In this document: in pieces, positions 38,389 to 48,621 of the stretch | Position numbering within the stretch: position 1 is the stretch's first letter | How the letters are laid out: every line of letters begins with the position of its first letter | Source: Candidatus Latescibacterota bacterium | GTDB taxonomy: Bacteria > Latescibacterota > UBA2968 > GCA-2709665 | Direction: 5' to 3' | DNA length: 64,000 nt | NCBI GenBank assembly: GCA_965116875.1 | Contig: OZ220733.1 | Span: forward strand, 2,784,001-2,848,000 | Notes under the pieces: model-generated | The model's database searches: none | What the model was told of the DNA's origin: nothing | What the model saw: only the letters and a program-made list of their open reading frames with translations | Translations under genes and position numbers: made by a program

Positions 38389-40794
38389 ATGATGGGAATT
38401 CTGGTCATAACCGGAGCGGTTCTGCTGCTGTTGGCGGCGTCGCAGACCATGGCATCCGAACGCCCTTCAATTGACGAGACGCCCGGGAAGCCCGGCGAGT
38501 GGGGCTTTCGCCCGGCGGACGGGAGTGTCTCCCAGGTGACCCCGCCCGGGTTTTCGTGGCGGCCGCAGAAAGACGCCGCGAGCTACGACCTACAGTGCGC
38601 GCGGGACAGCGGTTTTACCGAAGTGGCGTACGAAGCGAGCGGCATCACGTTCAACGTCCACTGTCCGCCCCGTACGCTGCCGCCGGGTCGTTGGTACTGG
38701 CGATACCGCGTTTACGATGGATCGGGCACGGCGTCCGGATGGAGCAGCGTGCGGATGTTTACAATTGCGGAAGATGCAAACGCACTCCCGCTTCCATCGC
38801 GCGATGATCTGCTGGCGCGCATTCCAACCGGCCATCCCCGGCTGTTCGTGCGGCCGGAGCAGATCCCGGAATTCCGCCGCCGGGCGAAGACGGACCTTGC
38901 GGATCAGTACGAAAGTCTCGTGGCGGCGTCGGAGAAACTGCTGGAGAATCCGCCGCCCACCGAGGAGCCGCCGCTCTACCCCGAGGGCACGGTCCGGCTC
39001 AGCGAGGAGTGGCGGGCGATCTGGTGGCCGAACCGGGAGTACACCATCGCGGCACTGAACGGCGCCGCGACCCTGGCCTTCGCCCGGCTGCTGGGCGGGC
39101 GCGAGGAGTACGGGCAACTCGCCCGGGAGATTCTGATGGCCTGCGCAGAGTGGGACCCGAAAGGGGCGACCGGATTTAAATACAACGACGAGGCCGGGAT
39201 GCCCTACGCGTACTATTTCTCCCGCACCTACAGTTATCTCCACGATCTGCTCACGGACGACGAGCGTGAGACGTGCCGCCGGGTGATGCGGATTCGTGGA
39301 CTTGAAATGAATGCGCACTTGAATCCTCGCTTCCTCTGGCGCCCGTACGGGAGTCACGACACCCGGTCCTGGCATTTTCTGGGGGAGGTTGGCATCGCGT
39401 TCCTGGGCGAGATTCCGGAAGCCGCGGACTGGGTGTGGTTCGCCGCGAATGTGTTCGCCAACACGTACCCGGTCTGGAGCGATGACGACGGGGGCTGGCA
39501 CCAGGGCATGGGTTACTGGCGAAGCTACATCCAGCGGTTCACCTGGTGGGCGGACATCATGCGCACGGCCATGGGTATCGACGCCTTCGACAAGCCCTAT
39601 TTCTCGCAAGTCGGATATTATCCGATGTACCTCCAGCCGCCGGGAACCCGGGGCGGCGGGTTCGGCGATCTGACGGCCCACCTCGTTTCCGCGCAAAACC
39701 GCGGCGTGATGGCTCTCTTCGCCGCAATGGCGCAGAATCCTTACTGGCAGTGGTACGTCGAGGCGCACGGTGAGCAGCCGTCCGAGCCGGGTTACGTCGG
39801 CTTCGTCAGGGGCGCCCTGCCCCGGGTGGCGGGTAAGCGACCCGTGGACCTGCCCACGTCCAGATGTTTCAGGGGTACGGGGCAGGCCGCGCTCAATACC
39901 CATCTGGAAGACGCCCGGTACAACGTGGAGGTGATCTTCAAGAGCAGTCCCTTCGGGTCCCACAGCCACGGGTACGAAGCCCAGAATTCCTTTCTGCTCT
40001 ATGCGTTCGGAGAGCGGTTGCTGATCCGTACGGGCCGGCGGGACATCCACGGCAGCGAGCACCACAGACAGTGGATGCATCACACGAAGTCGGTAAACTG
40101 CATCACCGTCAACGGCGAAGGGCAACTGCCGAACGCCAGCGACGCCCTGGGCGAAATCCTGGACTTCCACACTTCCGAGCATCTCGATTACGTTTCTGGC
40201 GAGGCCTCCCGTGCGTACGCGGGCAAGCTGGAACGGTTTACCCGCCGCATTCTGTTCCTGAAACCGGAAGCGGTTCTCATCTTCGATACGCTGCGCGCGC
40301 CCGGACCCGCCCAATTCGAGTGGCGGCTGCACGCGCCTGTGGAGATGGCAGTCCACAACCAGAGGGACGTCCGGGTCGTCAACGAAGCAGCGGCCTGCCG
40401 TGTATCTTTCCTGTGGCCCGACAATCTGGCGCTCAGCCAGACGGACCGGTTCGAGCCGCCGCCCCGGCCTCGTATAAAACTGATCGAGTATCACCTGACG
40501 GCGATTCCCTCCGCGCCTGCCCGAGACCAGACGTTCGTGACGCTTCTCAGGCCGCATCGATCCGGCGAGACGTTGGAAGGCGAGGCGGCGTTATCGGAAA
40601 TCGACGGCGGGTACGCGGTCACCGTGCCGCTGGCTGAAGGACGCGCCGTGGTACTCCTGCAGTCATCCGGAGGCAACGTCCTGACGGGCGCGGGCATCCG
40701 GACCGACGGCGAGGTCGGCGCCGTCGCATTCGATGGGCGGGGAGAAGTGAGGCAGACGCTTGTGGCCGGGGGGACGATGATCGAAGCGCTTTGA
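38389..40794 (+). CDS. Secreted DUF4962/heparinase II/III-like (oligo-alginate-lyase-like) protein
   Basis: Signal peptide; N-terminal PP.FSW Ig-like domain; HPRLF, YGSH, DGGWHQG..YW, GFGD, SSPFGSHSH, NCITVNGEGQ; AAGGAG RBS. Confidence 0.85.
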   Translation: MMGILVITGAVLLLLAASQTMASERPSIDETPGKPGEWGFRPADGSVSQVTPPGFSWRPQKDAASYDLQCARDSGFTEVAYEASGITFNVHCPPRTLPPGRWYWRYRVYDGSGTASGWSSVRMFTIAEDANALPLPSRDDLLARIPTGHPRLFVRPEQIPEFRRRAKTDLADQYESLVAASEKLLENPPPTEEPPLYPEGTVRLSEEWRAIWWPNREYTIAALNGAATLAFARLLGGREEYGQLAREILMACAEWDPKGATGFKYNDEAGMPYAYYFSRTYSYLHDLLTDDERETCRRVMRIRGLEMNAHLNPRFLWRPYGSHDTRSWHFLGEVGIAFLGEIPEAADWVWFAANVFANTYPVWSDDDGGWHQGMGYWRSYIQRFTWWADIMRTAMGIDAFDKPYFSQVGYYPMYLQPPGTRGGGFGDLTAHLVSAQNRGVMALFAAMAQNPYWQWYVEAHGEQPSEPGYVGFVRGALPRVAGKRPVDLPTSRCFRGTGQAALNTHLEDARYNVEVIFKSSPFGSHSHGYEAQNSFLLYAFGERLLIRTGRRDIHGSEHHRQWMHHTKSVNCITVNGEGQLPNASDALGEILDFHTSEHLDYVSGEASRAYAGKLERFTRRILFLKPEAVLIFDTLRAPGPAQFEWRLHAPVEMAVHNQRDVRVVNEAAACRVSFLWPDNLALSQTDRFEPPPRPRIKLIEYHLTAIPSAPARDQTFVTLLRPHRSGETLEGEAALSEIDGGYAVTVPLAEGRAVVLLQSSGGNVLTGAGIRTDGEVGAVAFDGRGEVRQTLVAGGTMIEAL

Positions 40795-40835
40795 TCATCG
40801 TGAACGGTTCCATTGAAGAGGATTTGTGACGCGAG

Positions 40836-43800
40836 GTGACACCAATGGCTGAAACGGGAGGTCGCAGCACACAACGGCGCCGGCAGGAGTCGTACGATAT
40901 CGAGATCGAAAACAGGGAAATCCCTGTACTGAAGGATCTCCATCTCGAGACGGACCTGTCCGATCATGTACTGGTGGTGCCGCCCGACGATGAGTCGGGA
41001 GATGAAATCGGCCGCAGAATCGCTCAGGCTCTGGGCAGCGGGGCCGAAGTCCGGGCCGGATCGGAGGTCGCAGAGAGCGACTGGGGAAACGCGCAACTCA
41101 TCGCAGCCGGAAACGTCTTCAACAACGCGGCGATCCGGCGTCTCGGGATGAATTTCTACGCGTGGACGGACGAGTACTACCCCGGCGGAGACGGGTACGA
41201 GGTTCGAACGGTCCACAATCCCTTCGGATCCGGCCGCAATGTGGTGCAGTTGGGCGGAAGTACTCCCGAAGGGGTGACGCGGGCGGTGGACGAGTTCCTC
41301 GCGATCGTGGAACGGGATGGTCCGCGCATCGGACGCATCAACCGTTCCGTGTCCCGGCAGAACCCGGACTCTTCGCCCACGGACGCCGAAGCGCGGGAGA
41401 TCATCGATACGGTGAATGAGCAGGTGGCGCTTTCCGGAAGCCAGGGGCCGCTGCGACGCATGGTCGACCATGCCATGCTCTATTATCTGTCCGGCGACGA
41501 GGTCTGGGGTCGCATCTTCAGGGAGGAGTTCCTGTTCTTCATCGACCTGGCCCACGAGGCGGGCGACTGGTGCCTGTCGCAGGGTACGCATCTCTACTTC
41601 TGGATTTACCGGATGCTCACGGCCTGGGACGTGATGGAGGAGGGGCAGGCGCTGAGCGACGCCGACCGTCTGAAGATGACGAACGCGATCTACAATATCA
41701 TCCGGTGGACGTCCGAACTCACGCACTTCCGCTTCAAGTCCGTGGACGACGTGGTCCAGAACCAGAACCACCAGAGCTTCGCCGCATTGAGCCTGTTCAT
41801 CGGAGCCAGGTATTTCAAGAAGTACTACGGGCTGTCGGATTTCGATGAAAAGCTGCCCCTGGCGCACCGCACACTGGAACTTCACGCCAGATCGTACAAG
41901 CCGAACGACAACGCGGGGACGGGGTACGTCTGGATCACGCCCGGGCACCTGATCAAGTACGGATTGATGACGGACGATCTCTCGTACCTGGAAGACGGCC
42001 ACCTGGCGCGGCTGCTGGACAGCGCCGTGCTGACCATCGACAGCAGGGGCGACGACTGTACGTACGGGGACGTCGGCGCCTACCGGGCATCCCGCGCCAG
42101 CCGCCCGTCCGGGCTGCAGGCCGCGTCGATCGGCGCATGGTTCTACAACGACGGACGGTACCGGTGGCTCTACGACTGGATGGAGCAGGGGCAGCAGTGG
42201 CGGGACTCCTTCCAGCGGCAAAGGAACTGGGGCATCGGCGGATGGGAGGTGTACGACGGGTTTTTCTTCAGGGAAATCCCGTCCGTGGAACCGGTGGAAC
42301 TGCTGGGGGTTCGCGCATCCATGCTGGACGAGGCCGCGCACGACCTTGCCCGGGATCGGGCGCGGAAGACGGGACAATACCACGGAGACCCGCTGGTGGA
42401 ATCGGATGTCCCCCTGGCGGAGGCGTTCGACAAACTGGCGTTCCGGCGCGGCTTCGACAGGCGCAGCGAGTATCTGTTGATCGACGGACCTACGGGTTTC
42501 TCCCATTCCCAGGAGGACGGCAATTCCATCATCCGTCTCTGCTGGAACGACCGCATCTGGCTGGCGGACCTGGACTACATCCGGCGACTTGCAAGATACC
42601 ACAACACGGTGGTGATCGTGAAAGACGGGACGTGTTACCCGAAGCCGTCGCAGACGGCGCTCAGGGCGATTGGAGATTTCGAAGAATGGGGGTACAGCCA
42701 GACGGTATCGCCGGGGGACAACGGCGCGGACTGGGCGCGAAACATCTTCTGGCGGAAGGGATCGTATTTCCTGGTAATCGACTCGGTAGACGCGCGGGAG
42801 GGGGGAGATTTCCTTCTGGACGCCATTTGGCGGGTTCTCGGACAGGTGGACGTGGAAGAGAGCGCATTGCGCATCGAACAGGACGGTGAGCGACTCCACA
42901 TTGTGAACATGGACGACTCCGAAAAGTCCCTGACGGACCGCGAGGCGGATTTTGCGCCGGACTGGGAGAGCAACTGGGAGAATTACGAGCACGCGGACGG
43001 AAAGGTACGGATGTGGCACCAGAGGATACGCCTCTCCATGGAAGCCGGCGACCGGACCGCTTTCGTGAACCTCCTCTATCCGTCGAATGACGGGATGCCG
43101 CAGGCATTCGACCTGGAGCGCGTGGGGCCGTCCGTTGCCCTGATTCGCGACCGGCGGTCGGGAGAGGTCGTCATGGCCGGCGCAGGCGCTCCGGATCACG
43201 GCGAACTGAGCCTGGAAGGGAAGCTGTTCCGGATCGACAGCGACGGATTTGCCCTCGTGGAGGGAACCGCGCTTTCCTGGGAAGGGCCGTTGTTCAGAAG
43301 TTGGGCGCCCGTATCCGTGGAGATGGATCTGGCGCGGGGGAAGGGTACGATCGAAACGCGCGCGGAGACTCGCGTGGGCATCCGCGCCGACGGGGTCCGT
43401 GTGAACGGCGAGGCGGTCACAGGCGCCGGGGAAGGAAAGTTGCTCTGGTTCACGCTGCCGGCCGGCCGGCACGATCTGGAGGTCTCGCCGCGCATGCCCG
43501 GAATTTTCGACAGACTGCTGCGGGAGGCGCCTTCGTACCGTTCGAAACCTGTATCCACAGAACCGGCGCCCGTGGTCGGTCGTGGTCTCGAACCCCTGTG
43601 GACGTTCGACGCGGGATCGGGGGTGGCGGCCATCGACTCCGATGGATCGGGCCTGACGCTGGCGGGGACGTTGGACGGGAGCGTCCACCTGCTGGGCGCG
43701 GACGGCGCCGGGGAGTGGTCATTCGACGCGGGCGGCGAAGTCCGGGCCGTTCACCTCTCGGATATCGACGGGGACGGGGCGTCCGAAGCGGTCGTCGGTA

Positions 43801-44711
43801 CCCACGACTGCAGGCTGTACGTTCTGGATGCCGGCGGCGGGGTGCGCTGGGAGCACGAGTTTCCACCGGGAAGCGGGATGCGCCCCCAGCGGCTGACGAC
43901 CGTGTCCTCTGCCGACCTTGACGGCGACGGCAGGAGGCAGGTGCTGGCCGGCGCCGAAGGGTGGCTGTTTCACGCGTTCGAGGCCGACGGATCGTTGAAG
44001 TGGCAGACGGAGACCCATTACCATTGTATTACCGGATGCCTTGCCGTGGACCTGGACGGTGACGGAAAGGACGAGATCCTGGTTGGAACCGAGTACTACA
44101 CGATCAATTGTCTGAATTCCGACGGGACCGCGCGGTGGAGGCGGAGCACGGGCTGCGTCTCGCCGACGATTCTGTCCGCGGATATCGACGGCGACGGCGC
44201 GCTGGAGGTGGTCTATGGCGACTGGCGGGCGGTGAACGCGGCGACCAGCGGCGAACTGTTCGGACAGACGGGCCTGGGGGGCAGCGGCAACTTGAAAGGG
44301 CCGGCGACCGCAAACAGCCGGCGCGGACGGCCGGGCGCGCTGTCCTGGCGCGTGAACATGGGCGGCGAAGTGGAGGACATCGCCCTCTCGGACGTGACCG
44401 GCGACGGACGGCCGGAAGTGATCGCGGGCAGCGACGTGGGGCAACTGGTCTGCATCGCGGGAGACGGCGAGGTTATCTGGCGCCGGGACCTGGAGGACAA
44501 GATCACCTGGCTGACCACTTTTCAGAATAATGGAAACGCGCAGATCCTGGTGGGCTTCGACACCGGCGAGATCAGGACGTTTAACATGGAAGGCGGTTTT
44601 GTCGGCGGGGACCGGGTTGGCGGGGAGGTGACGCACCTTCGCGCCAACGGCGACCGGGTCGTGTGCGGCACTTCGGCGGGGACCGTGACGTCGTTCCGGC
44701 TGGTCGGATAG
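40836..44711 (+). CDS. Heparinase II/III-like lyase-fold protein with C-terminal FG-GAP/PQQ-like beta-propeller
   Basis: LKDLHLET, YPGGDGYEVRTVHNPFG, QNHQ, YGD, SHSQEDGN, HNTVVI; many DxDGDG repeats. Start could be ATG 40845. Confidence 0.75.
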   Translation: MTPMAETGGRSTQRRRQESYDIEIENREIPVLKDLHLETDLSDHVLVVPPDDESGDEIGRRIAQALGSGAEVRAGSEVAESDWGNAQLIAAGNVFNNAAIRRLGMNFYAWTDEYYPGGDGYEVRTVHNPFGSGRNVVQLGGSTPEGVTRAVDEFLAIVERDGPRIGRINRSVSRQNPDSSPTDAEAREIIDTVNEQVALSGSQGPLRRMVDHAMLYYLSGDEVWGRIFREEFLFFIDLAHEAGDWCLSQGTHLYFWIYRMLTAWDVMEEGQALSDADRLKMTNAIYNIIRWTSELTHFRFKSVDDVVQNQNHQSFAALSLFIGARYFKKYYGLSDFDEKLPLAHRTLELHARSYKPNDNAGTGYVWITPGHLIKYGLMTDDLSYLEDGHLARLLDSAVLTIDSRGDDCTYGDVGAYRASRASRPSGLQAASIGAWFYNDGRYRWLYDWMEQGQQWRDSFQRQRNWGIGGWEVYDGFFFREIPSVEPVELLGVRASMLDEAAHDLARDRARKTGQYHGDPLVESDVPLAEAFDKLAFRRGFDRRSEYLLIDGPTGFSHSQEDGNSIIRLCWNDRIWLADLDYIRRLARYHNTVVIVKDGTCYPKPSQTALRAIGDFEEWGYSQTVSPGDNGADWARNIFWRKGSYFLVIDSVDAREGGDFLLDAIWRVLGQVDVEESALRIEQDGERLHIVNMDDSEKSLTDREADFAPDWESNWENYEHADGKVRMWHQRIRLSMEAGDRTAFVNLLYPSNDGMPQAFDLERVGPSVALIRDRRSGEVVMAGAGAPDHGELSLEGKLFRIDSDGFALVEGTALSWEGPLFRSWAPVSVEMDLARGKGTIETRAETRVGIRADGVRVNGEAVTGAGEGKLLWFTLPAGRHDLEVSPRMPGIFDRLLREAPSYRSKPVSTEPAPVVGRGLEPLWTFDAGSGVAAIDSDGSGLTLAGTLDGSVHLLGADGAGEWSFDAGGEVRAVHLSDIDGDGASEAVVGTHDCRLYVLDAGGGVRWEHEFPPGSGMRPQRLTTVSSADLDGDGRRQVLAGAEGWLFHAFEADGSLKWQTETHYHCITGCLAVDLDGDGKDEILVGTEYYTINCLNSDGTARWRRSTGCVSPTILSADIDGDGALEVVYGDWRAVNAATSGELFGQTGLGGSGNLKGPATANSRRGRPGALSWRVNMGGEVEDIALSDVTGDGRPEVIAGSDVGQLVCIAGDGEVIWRRDLEDKITWLTTFQNNGNAQILVGFDTGEIRTFNMEGGFVGGDRVGGEVTHLRANGDRVVCGTSAGTVTSFRLVG

Positions 44712-44769
44712 ATTCAGATCGCCGGCGCCGGAAACTCGCCCGGGGACCGAGGGGCGACTTCATGAGAGG

Positions 44770-45639
44770 GTGACGATGGCCGGGCTGAAAGATCATCAGC
44801 TCACTGCATTCATGAATGACGGGTACCTGCTGCTGGAGGACGTACTGCCGCCCGGAGACCTGCAGCCGCTGATCGACGACATCGTCAAAGGGATTGATCG
44901 CAAGGCCCGCGCAGCCTTCGCCAATGGCGAGCTGTCCGATCCGTTCGAGGATGAGCCCTTCGAACGGCGCCTTGCGTGTATGCGCGACGCGATGGACGAT
45001 GCATCGGAGATCGAAAAGGCGGTAACGGGAAAGCGCCTCAAGACGGCGGGGATGTTTGCCGTAATCACGCACCCGGCGATTCTGGACATGGTGGAATGCG
45101 TCATCGGTCCTGAGATCCTGGCCCATCCCCAGTTCAACTGCCAGGCAAAAATGCCCAACGAAGCCCGGTCGCAGATCCCGTGGCACCAGGACCTGGGGTT
45201 CCTGCATCCCGAAGCGGAAGACACGTTCATGGTAAACTTCTGGATTCCGCTGGTGGATGTTACCGTTGAAAACGGATGCCTGGAGGTGATACCGGGGAGT
45301 CACCGCGCCGGTCTGATGCCGCACGGGGAAGTTGAGGGCTATCCGAACGCGGGGATCCGGGAAGGGTGGGCTCCGGATGGACAGCCCATCGCCTGTCCGG
45401 TGCGAAAGGGCGGCGTGGTGGTGTTCCAGCACAAAACGGCGCACCGGTCCTTCCCAAACCGCACGGACCGCATCCGCTGGAGCCTGGATATCCGCTACTC
45501 GGACCCGTCGAAGCCAACGGGAAGAGACGAGGTGCCGGGATTTCTCGCGCGCAGCAGGGCCCATCCCTCAAGCGTGGCGAAGACCCATCTGGACTGGTTG
45601 GAACGGATGCAGGGCGTGGACGAAAGTCTGCACGAGTAG
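44770..45639 (+). CDS. PhyH-family Fe(II)/2-oxoglutarate dioxygenase
   Basis: DGYL, PWHQD, WIPL, NGCLEVIPGSH, HRS..N....RWSLDIRY. Confidence 0.9.
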   Translation: MTMAGLKDHQLTAFMNDGYLLLEDVLPPGDLQPLIDDIVKGIDRKARAAFANGELSDPFEDEPFERRLACMRDAMDDASEIEKAVTGKRLKTAGMFAVITHPAILDMVECVIGPEILAHPQFNCQAKMPNEARSQIPWHQDLGFLHPEAEDTFMVNFWIPLVDVTVENGCLEVIPGSHRAGLMPHGEVEGYPNAGIREGWAPDGQPIACPVRKGGVVVFQHKTAHRSFPNRTDRIRWSLDIRYSDPSKPTGRDEVPGFLARSRAHPSSVAKTHLDWLERMQGVDESLHE

Positions 45640-45655
45640 ACCCGGACGCACCACC

Positions 45656-45870
45656 ACCTCAATTTAAAAAAAGACAGCCGGTAAATTTACCACAGAAAGC
45701 ACAAAAGGCACAAAAGGGTTCAGCGCGAGAGCGGGGTATCGAGGTCGTTCAAATGAATGAAATTTCCCCTCATGTCCAGTGACCTCAAAAGTCCGGGCAC
45801 TTTGACATCAATTTGCCTTTGTTCTTCTGCATATATTCGACATTCAGGTCCCAGAATAACCGCGAATCAA
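45656..45870. repeat. ~215-bp dispersed direct repeat, copy 1
   Basis: Aligns end to end with 49955-50167 (about 85% by manual alignment); contains CCACAGAAAGCACAAAAGGCACAAAA. Confidence 0.9.
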
Positions 45871-45906
45871 GGACCACACGTGACGACAGGAACGCCGCCA
45901 GGCCCG

Positions 45907-46740
45907 TTACGCGGGGACCGGATATTGGGGTTTTCCATAAAACAGGTTGTGAAACACCTGCCAGAACGTTTCGCCTTTGCACCGAATCGTCACGTCGTCC
46001 ACGCGTTCAGCCCCGTCCGGCACGGAAAGACGATCGGGTTCGGGACGCGTCACCTCCATCACCACGGGACTTTCGGCGATGAGCGGTTCGATGCCTCTTG
46101 CGACCGCCATGGCTTCCTGCACGCGCTTCTTGATCAGGACGCGGGCATCTGCCGGCGCCATGTGCAAGGCGCATAATTCTCCCAGGCCTTCCTTTACAGG
46201 CGCCGTGACAATGCCGCTGACCCAGCGTTCTGATTCGGTGCACGCGTGCAGGTCGCCCGATGTGAAGACCCAGGGTATGCCCAGATGACCGCACAAGTAC
46301 GCCGCCATTTCCATCTCGCCGATTTCGGCGCCATTCACGCGATAGACCATATCGCGGCTCATCGAGTGTGCGAGGCATCCGTTGGGCGTGCCGGTCATCG
46401 CGTGCATGCCCACCTGGATCAGCGCGTCAAACCGGGGCGATAATCCCGGCAACCAGCACGGCCGCCTGACGCCCTGCACCAGTTTCACGCCTGAGACCAG
46501 TTCTTCTGACAAGATCGTGCGCCCCGCGCCGTGGGCGTCATTGATGGTCACTTCTTTGACACCTGCAGCGAATAAGCCTTCGGCCGCGGCGTTGACCTCG
46601 CCTGTCAACAGGCGCTGCATCTCGGCGCGATCGTACACGCCTTTGGCGGTTGTCGCATCGTCCCGGTGTCTCGGGTCCCAATCGTCGACGCCGGCCACGC
46701 CTTCCAGATCGGTCATCATGTACACGGATTTCAAGGTCAT
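45907..46740 (-). CDS. dppA: M55 family D-aminopeptidase (DppA-like)
   Basis: TDLEGVAGV, TGEVNAA, NDAHG, VGMHA, LAHS, EIGE, SGD, VKEGLG. Confidence 0.9.
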   Translation of the reverse strand: MTLKSVYMMTDLEGVAGVDDWDPRHRDDATTAKGVYDRAEMQRLLTGEVNAAAEGLFAAGVKEVTINDAHGAGRTILSEELVSGVKLVQGVRRPCWLPGLSPRFDALIQVGMHAMTGTPNGCLAHSMSRDMVYRVNGAEIGEMEMAAYLCGHLGIPWVFTSGDLHACTESERWVSGIVTAPVKEGLGELCALHMAPADARVLIKKRVQEAMAVARGIEPLIAESPVVMEVTRPEPDRLSVPDGAERVDDVTIRCKGETFWQVFHNLFYGKPQYPVPA

Positions 46741-46799
46741 GGGATTCTCCTGGTTTTCGGGTATTTCCGAGACCCTTTTTACAGGCAGTTTGGCGGTCG

Positions 46800-48620
46800 T
46801 CAGCCTCCCGCGTGCGCAAGCGCTTCATCGACCTTTTCCGTCCACGGGTCCGCGACGCGCGCCTCGTACCTGCCGTCGTTGAAGTAGGCGGATTTGGGCA
46901 TGTTGCGGTCCTCCAGCACGGCGTGGCGGTGTGACCTCTTAAGGCGCGGCCTGAGTCTTCGCAGTTCCGCCGCTTTTTGCCTGGCCGCGGGTCCCGGTCG
47001 CATTCGCTGGACTTCGTCCGCAATATGCCAGCCGCGGATGAGGGTTGCTGGAAAGGCAAACCAGCGGCGGATGTATTCGATTCTCAACCGGACAAGCGGG
47101 TCCCGCGTGGCCCGGTAGGCACGCGAGAGCGCGGCCTCGAGGTCGTCCGCGTCGCCGGCAGTGTAACAGGGAACCTGGTCGCGAAACCCGCGCAGGCCCT
47201 GGAACCACCGGCCCTCCCGCGGCCGGCGCCAGATGGCTTCGAGACGGTCGTAAAAGGCGCGCATCTCGCCCGCCGCCCCGCGGTACAGACGGGAAAAGAA
47301 CTCATCAAGAAGCTTTTCCGGGTCCTGTCCGGCGTCCCACCAGAGTCTGGATGCCAGCCAGATCTGCGGCCCGGCTGCCGGCCAGTGGGGATAGGCTTCG
47401 GCGTAGAAGCCCTTGACACCCGCACTGTGCTGGAACTTGATGTCGTCGGCCATCAGGCCGGGAAAGTAGCGCGGCAGCACCCAGCCCAGGCCGTAATAGT
47501 CGTACTTGCACACGTGGTCGCAATGCTTGAGCCAGGAGAGGATGAATTCACGGTCCTTGTCCCGGTATTCCGGATCCAGGTGCTGGGCGGTGTCCTGTGT
47601 GAGGTATATCGCCGTATTGGGCTCGAGGCGTTCGATGCGTCTGGGTGGCTCCTCCACGTTGTGGTAGGCCAGACATCCCACGAATTTCCCGGGATGGGAC
47701 TCCTGCAGCGCGCGTGCGACGGCGTTGAAGTAGGTGAACCACCGGTCGGAATAGATCGGACGCCCCCGGAACGTGAGATCCGGAATGTCCAGGGCGCGGC
47801 AGTTGTCGCACAGGCAGAAGTTTCCGTTGTCATTCATCCCCAGTGAGAAACAGTGCGCCTCGGGGTGTTCGTCGAAGTAGGCGCGCGTGGCCGTGATGGT
47901 GACGTCCACGACCTCGGGGTTGCTCGTACACGGCTGGCCGAACAGACCGTTGCTTACGGCGTCGCTTTCAGGAATCAGCCGTTCCCCGTCGATAAACGCG
48001 TAGAACTCCGGGTGGGTCTTTCCGTATTGGTCGACCGGAAAAATCTTGTACAGGGCGTGGTGGAAGCCGGCGTAGGGCAGTTCGTGCCTGCGGCTGGAGA
48101 CGCGGTTCCGGCGTTCCCAGCGATTCCCCTCCGACCCCCCGATACCGCTGAAGACGCGGAAGAGGAAGTCGGGGGTTCTGGTTTCGCGTACCGGCGCGAT
48201 TTTCAGGGTGGTTTGCATCGGGATGTCTTCGAAGAGTTCCCCGGGCATGAACCACCGAACGCCAAGATGGTCTTCCAGCAGGCCGTAGACGCCGTATGCA
48301 GTGCCGCTATCGCTTCCGCCGAGGATGAAGAGGTCCCTTCCGGCCGTATGGATGCGGTAGCCCTCCACACCCGCGTCACCGGCATCCAGGTTCAGCTTCC
48401 GGGCGTACGTGGTGAGCCCGACGTGGATGGCGGTTCTGCCGCGGGGCGCGGGCTTTCCGCTGTCCGTGCCCATCGGGGGCGCCATACCCGTCATCTTTTC
48501 GAGGACGGACTGCAGTTCACCGGCCGCGTCGCGGAGGATCTCTCCGGCGTCGTCCGGGACGATGATGGCGGTACGGGACTGACCCCTGTCCGCCAGCGTG
48601 AGCGTTCTGTATTGTCGCAT
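46800..48620 (-). CDS. DUF4838-like protein with N-terminal GH20/GH67-N-like domain (putative glycoside hydrolase)
   Basis: GTAYGVYGLLEDHLGVRWFMPG, HPEFYA..G.R, QPCTSNP, ND...FC.C..C, LAY...EPP; AGGAGG RBS before ATG 48620. Confidence 0.8.
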   Translation of the reverse strand: MRQYRTLTLADRGQSRTAIIVPDDAGEILRDAAGELQSVLEKMTGMAPPMGTDSGKPAPRGRTAIHVGLTTYARKLNLDAGDAGVEGYRIHTAGRDLFILGGSDSGTAYGVYGLLEDHLGVRWFMPGELFEDIPMQTTLKIAPVRETRTPDFLFRVFSGIGGSEGNRWERRNRVSSRRHELPYAGFHHALYKIFPVDQYGKTHPEFYAFIDGERLIPESDAVSNGLFGQPCTSNPEVVDVTITATRAYFDEHPEAHCFSLGMNDNGNFCLCDNCRALDIPDLTFRGRPIYSDRWFTYFNAVARALQESHPGKFVGCLAYHNVEEPPRRIERLEPNTAIYLTQDTAQHLDPEYRDKDREFILSWLKHCDHVCKYDYYGLGWVLPRYFPGLMADDIKFQHSAGVKGFYAEAYPHWPAAGPQIWLASRLWWDAGQDPEKLLDEFFSRLYRGAAGEMRAFYDRLEAIWRRPREGRWFQGLRGFRDQVPCYTAGDADDLEAALSRAYRATRDPLVRLRIEYIRRWFAFPATLIRGWHIADEVQRMRPGPAARQKAAELRRLRPRLKRSHRHAVLEDRNMPKSAYFNDGRYEARVADPWTEKVDEALAHAGG

Positions 48621-48621
48621 A

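Noticed and set aside
40491-43688. 1065-aa minus-strand ORF, and similar long antisense ORFs at 1554-3335, 12365-13975, 18185-19645, 31490-33238 and 38590-40557
   Set aside because: They are shadows of well-supported plus-strand genes in high-GC DNA, with no recognisable motifs.
45785-45982. Short ORFs sharing RLxWDLxVEYMQKNKG (also 50067..50516)
   Set aside because: The similarity comes only from the 215-bp repeat; starts and stops differ and there is no RBS.
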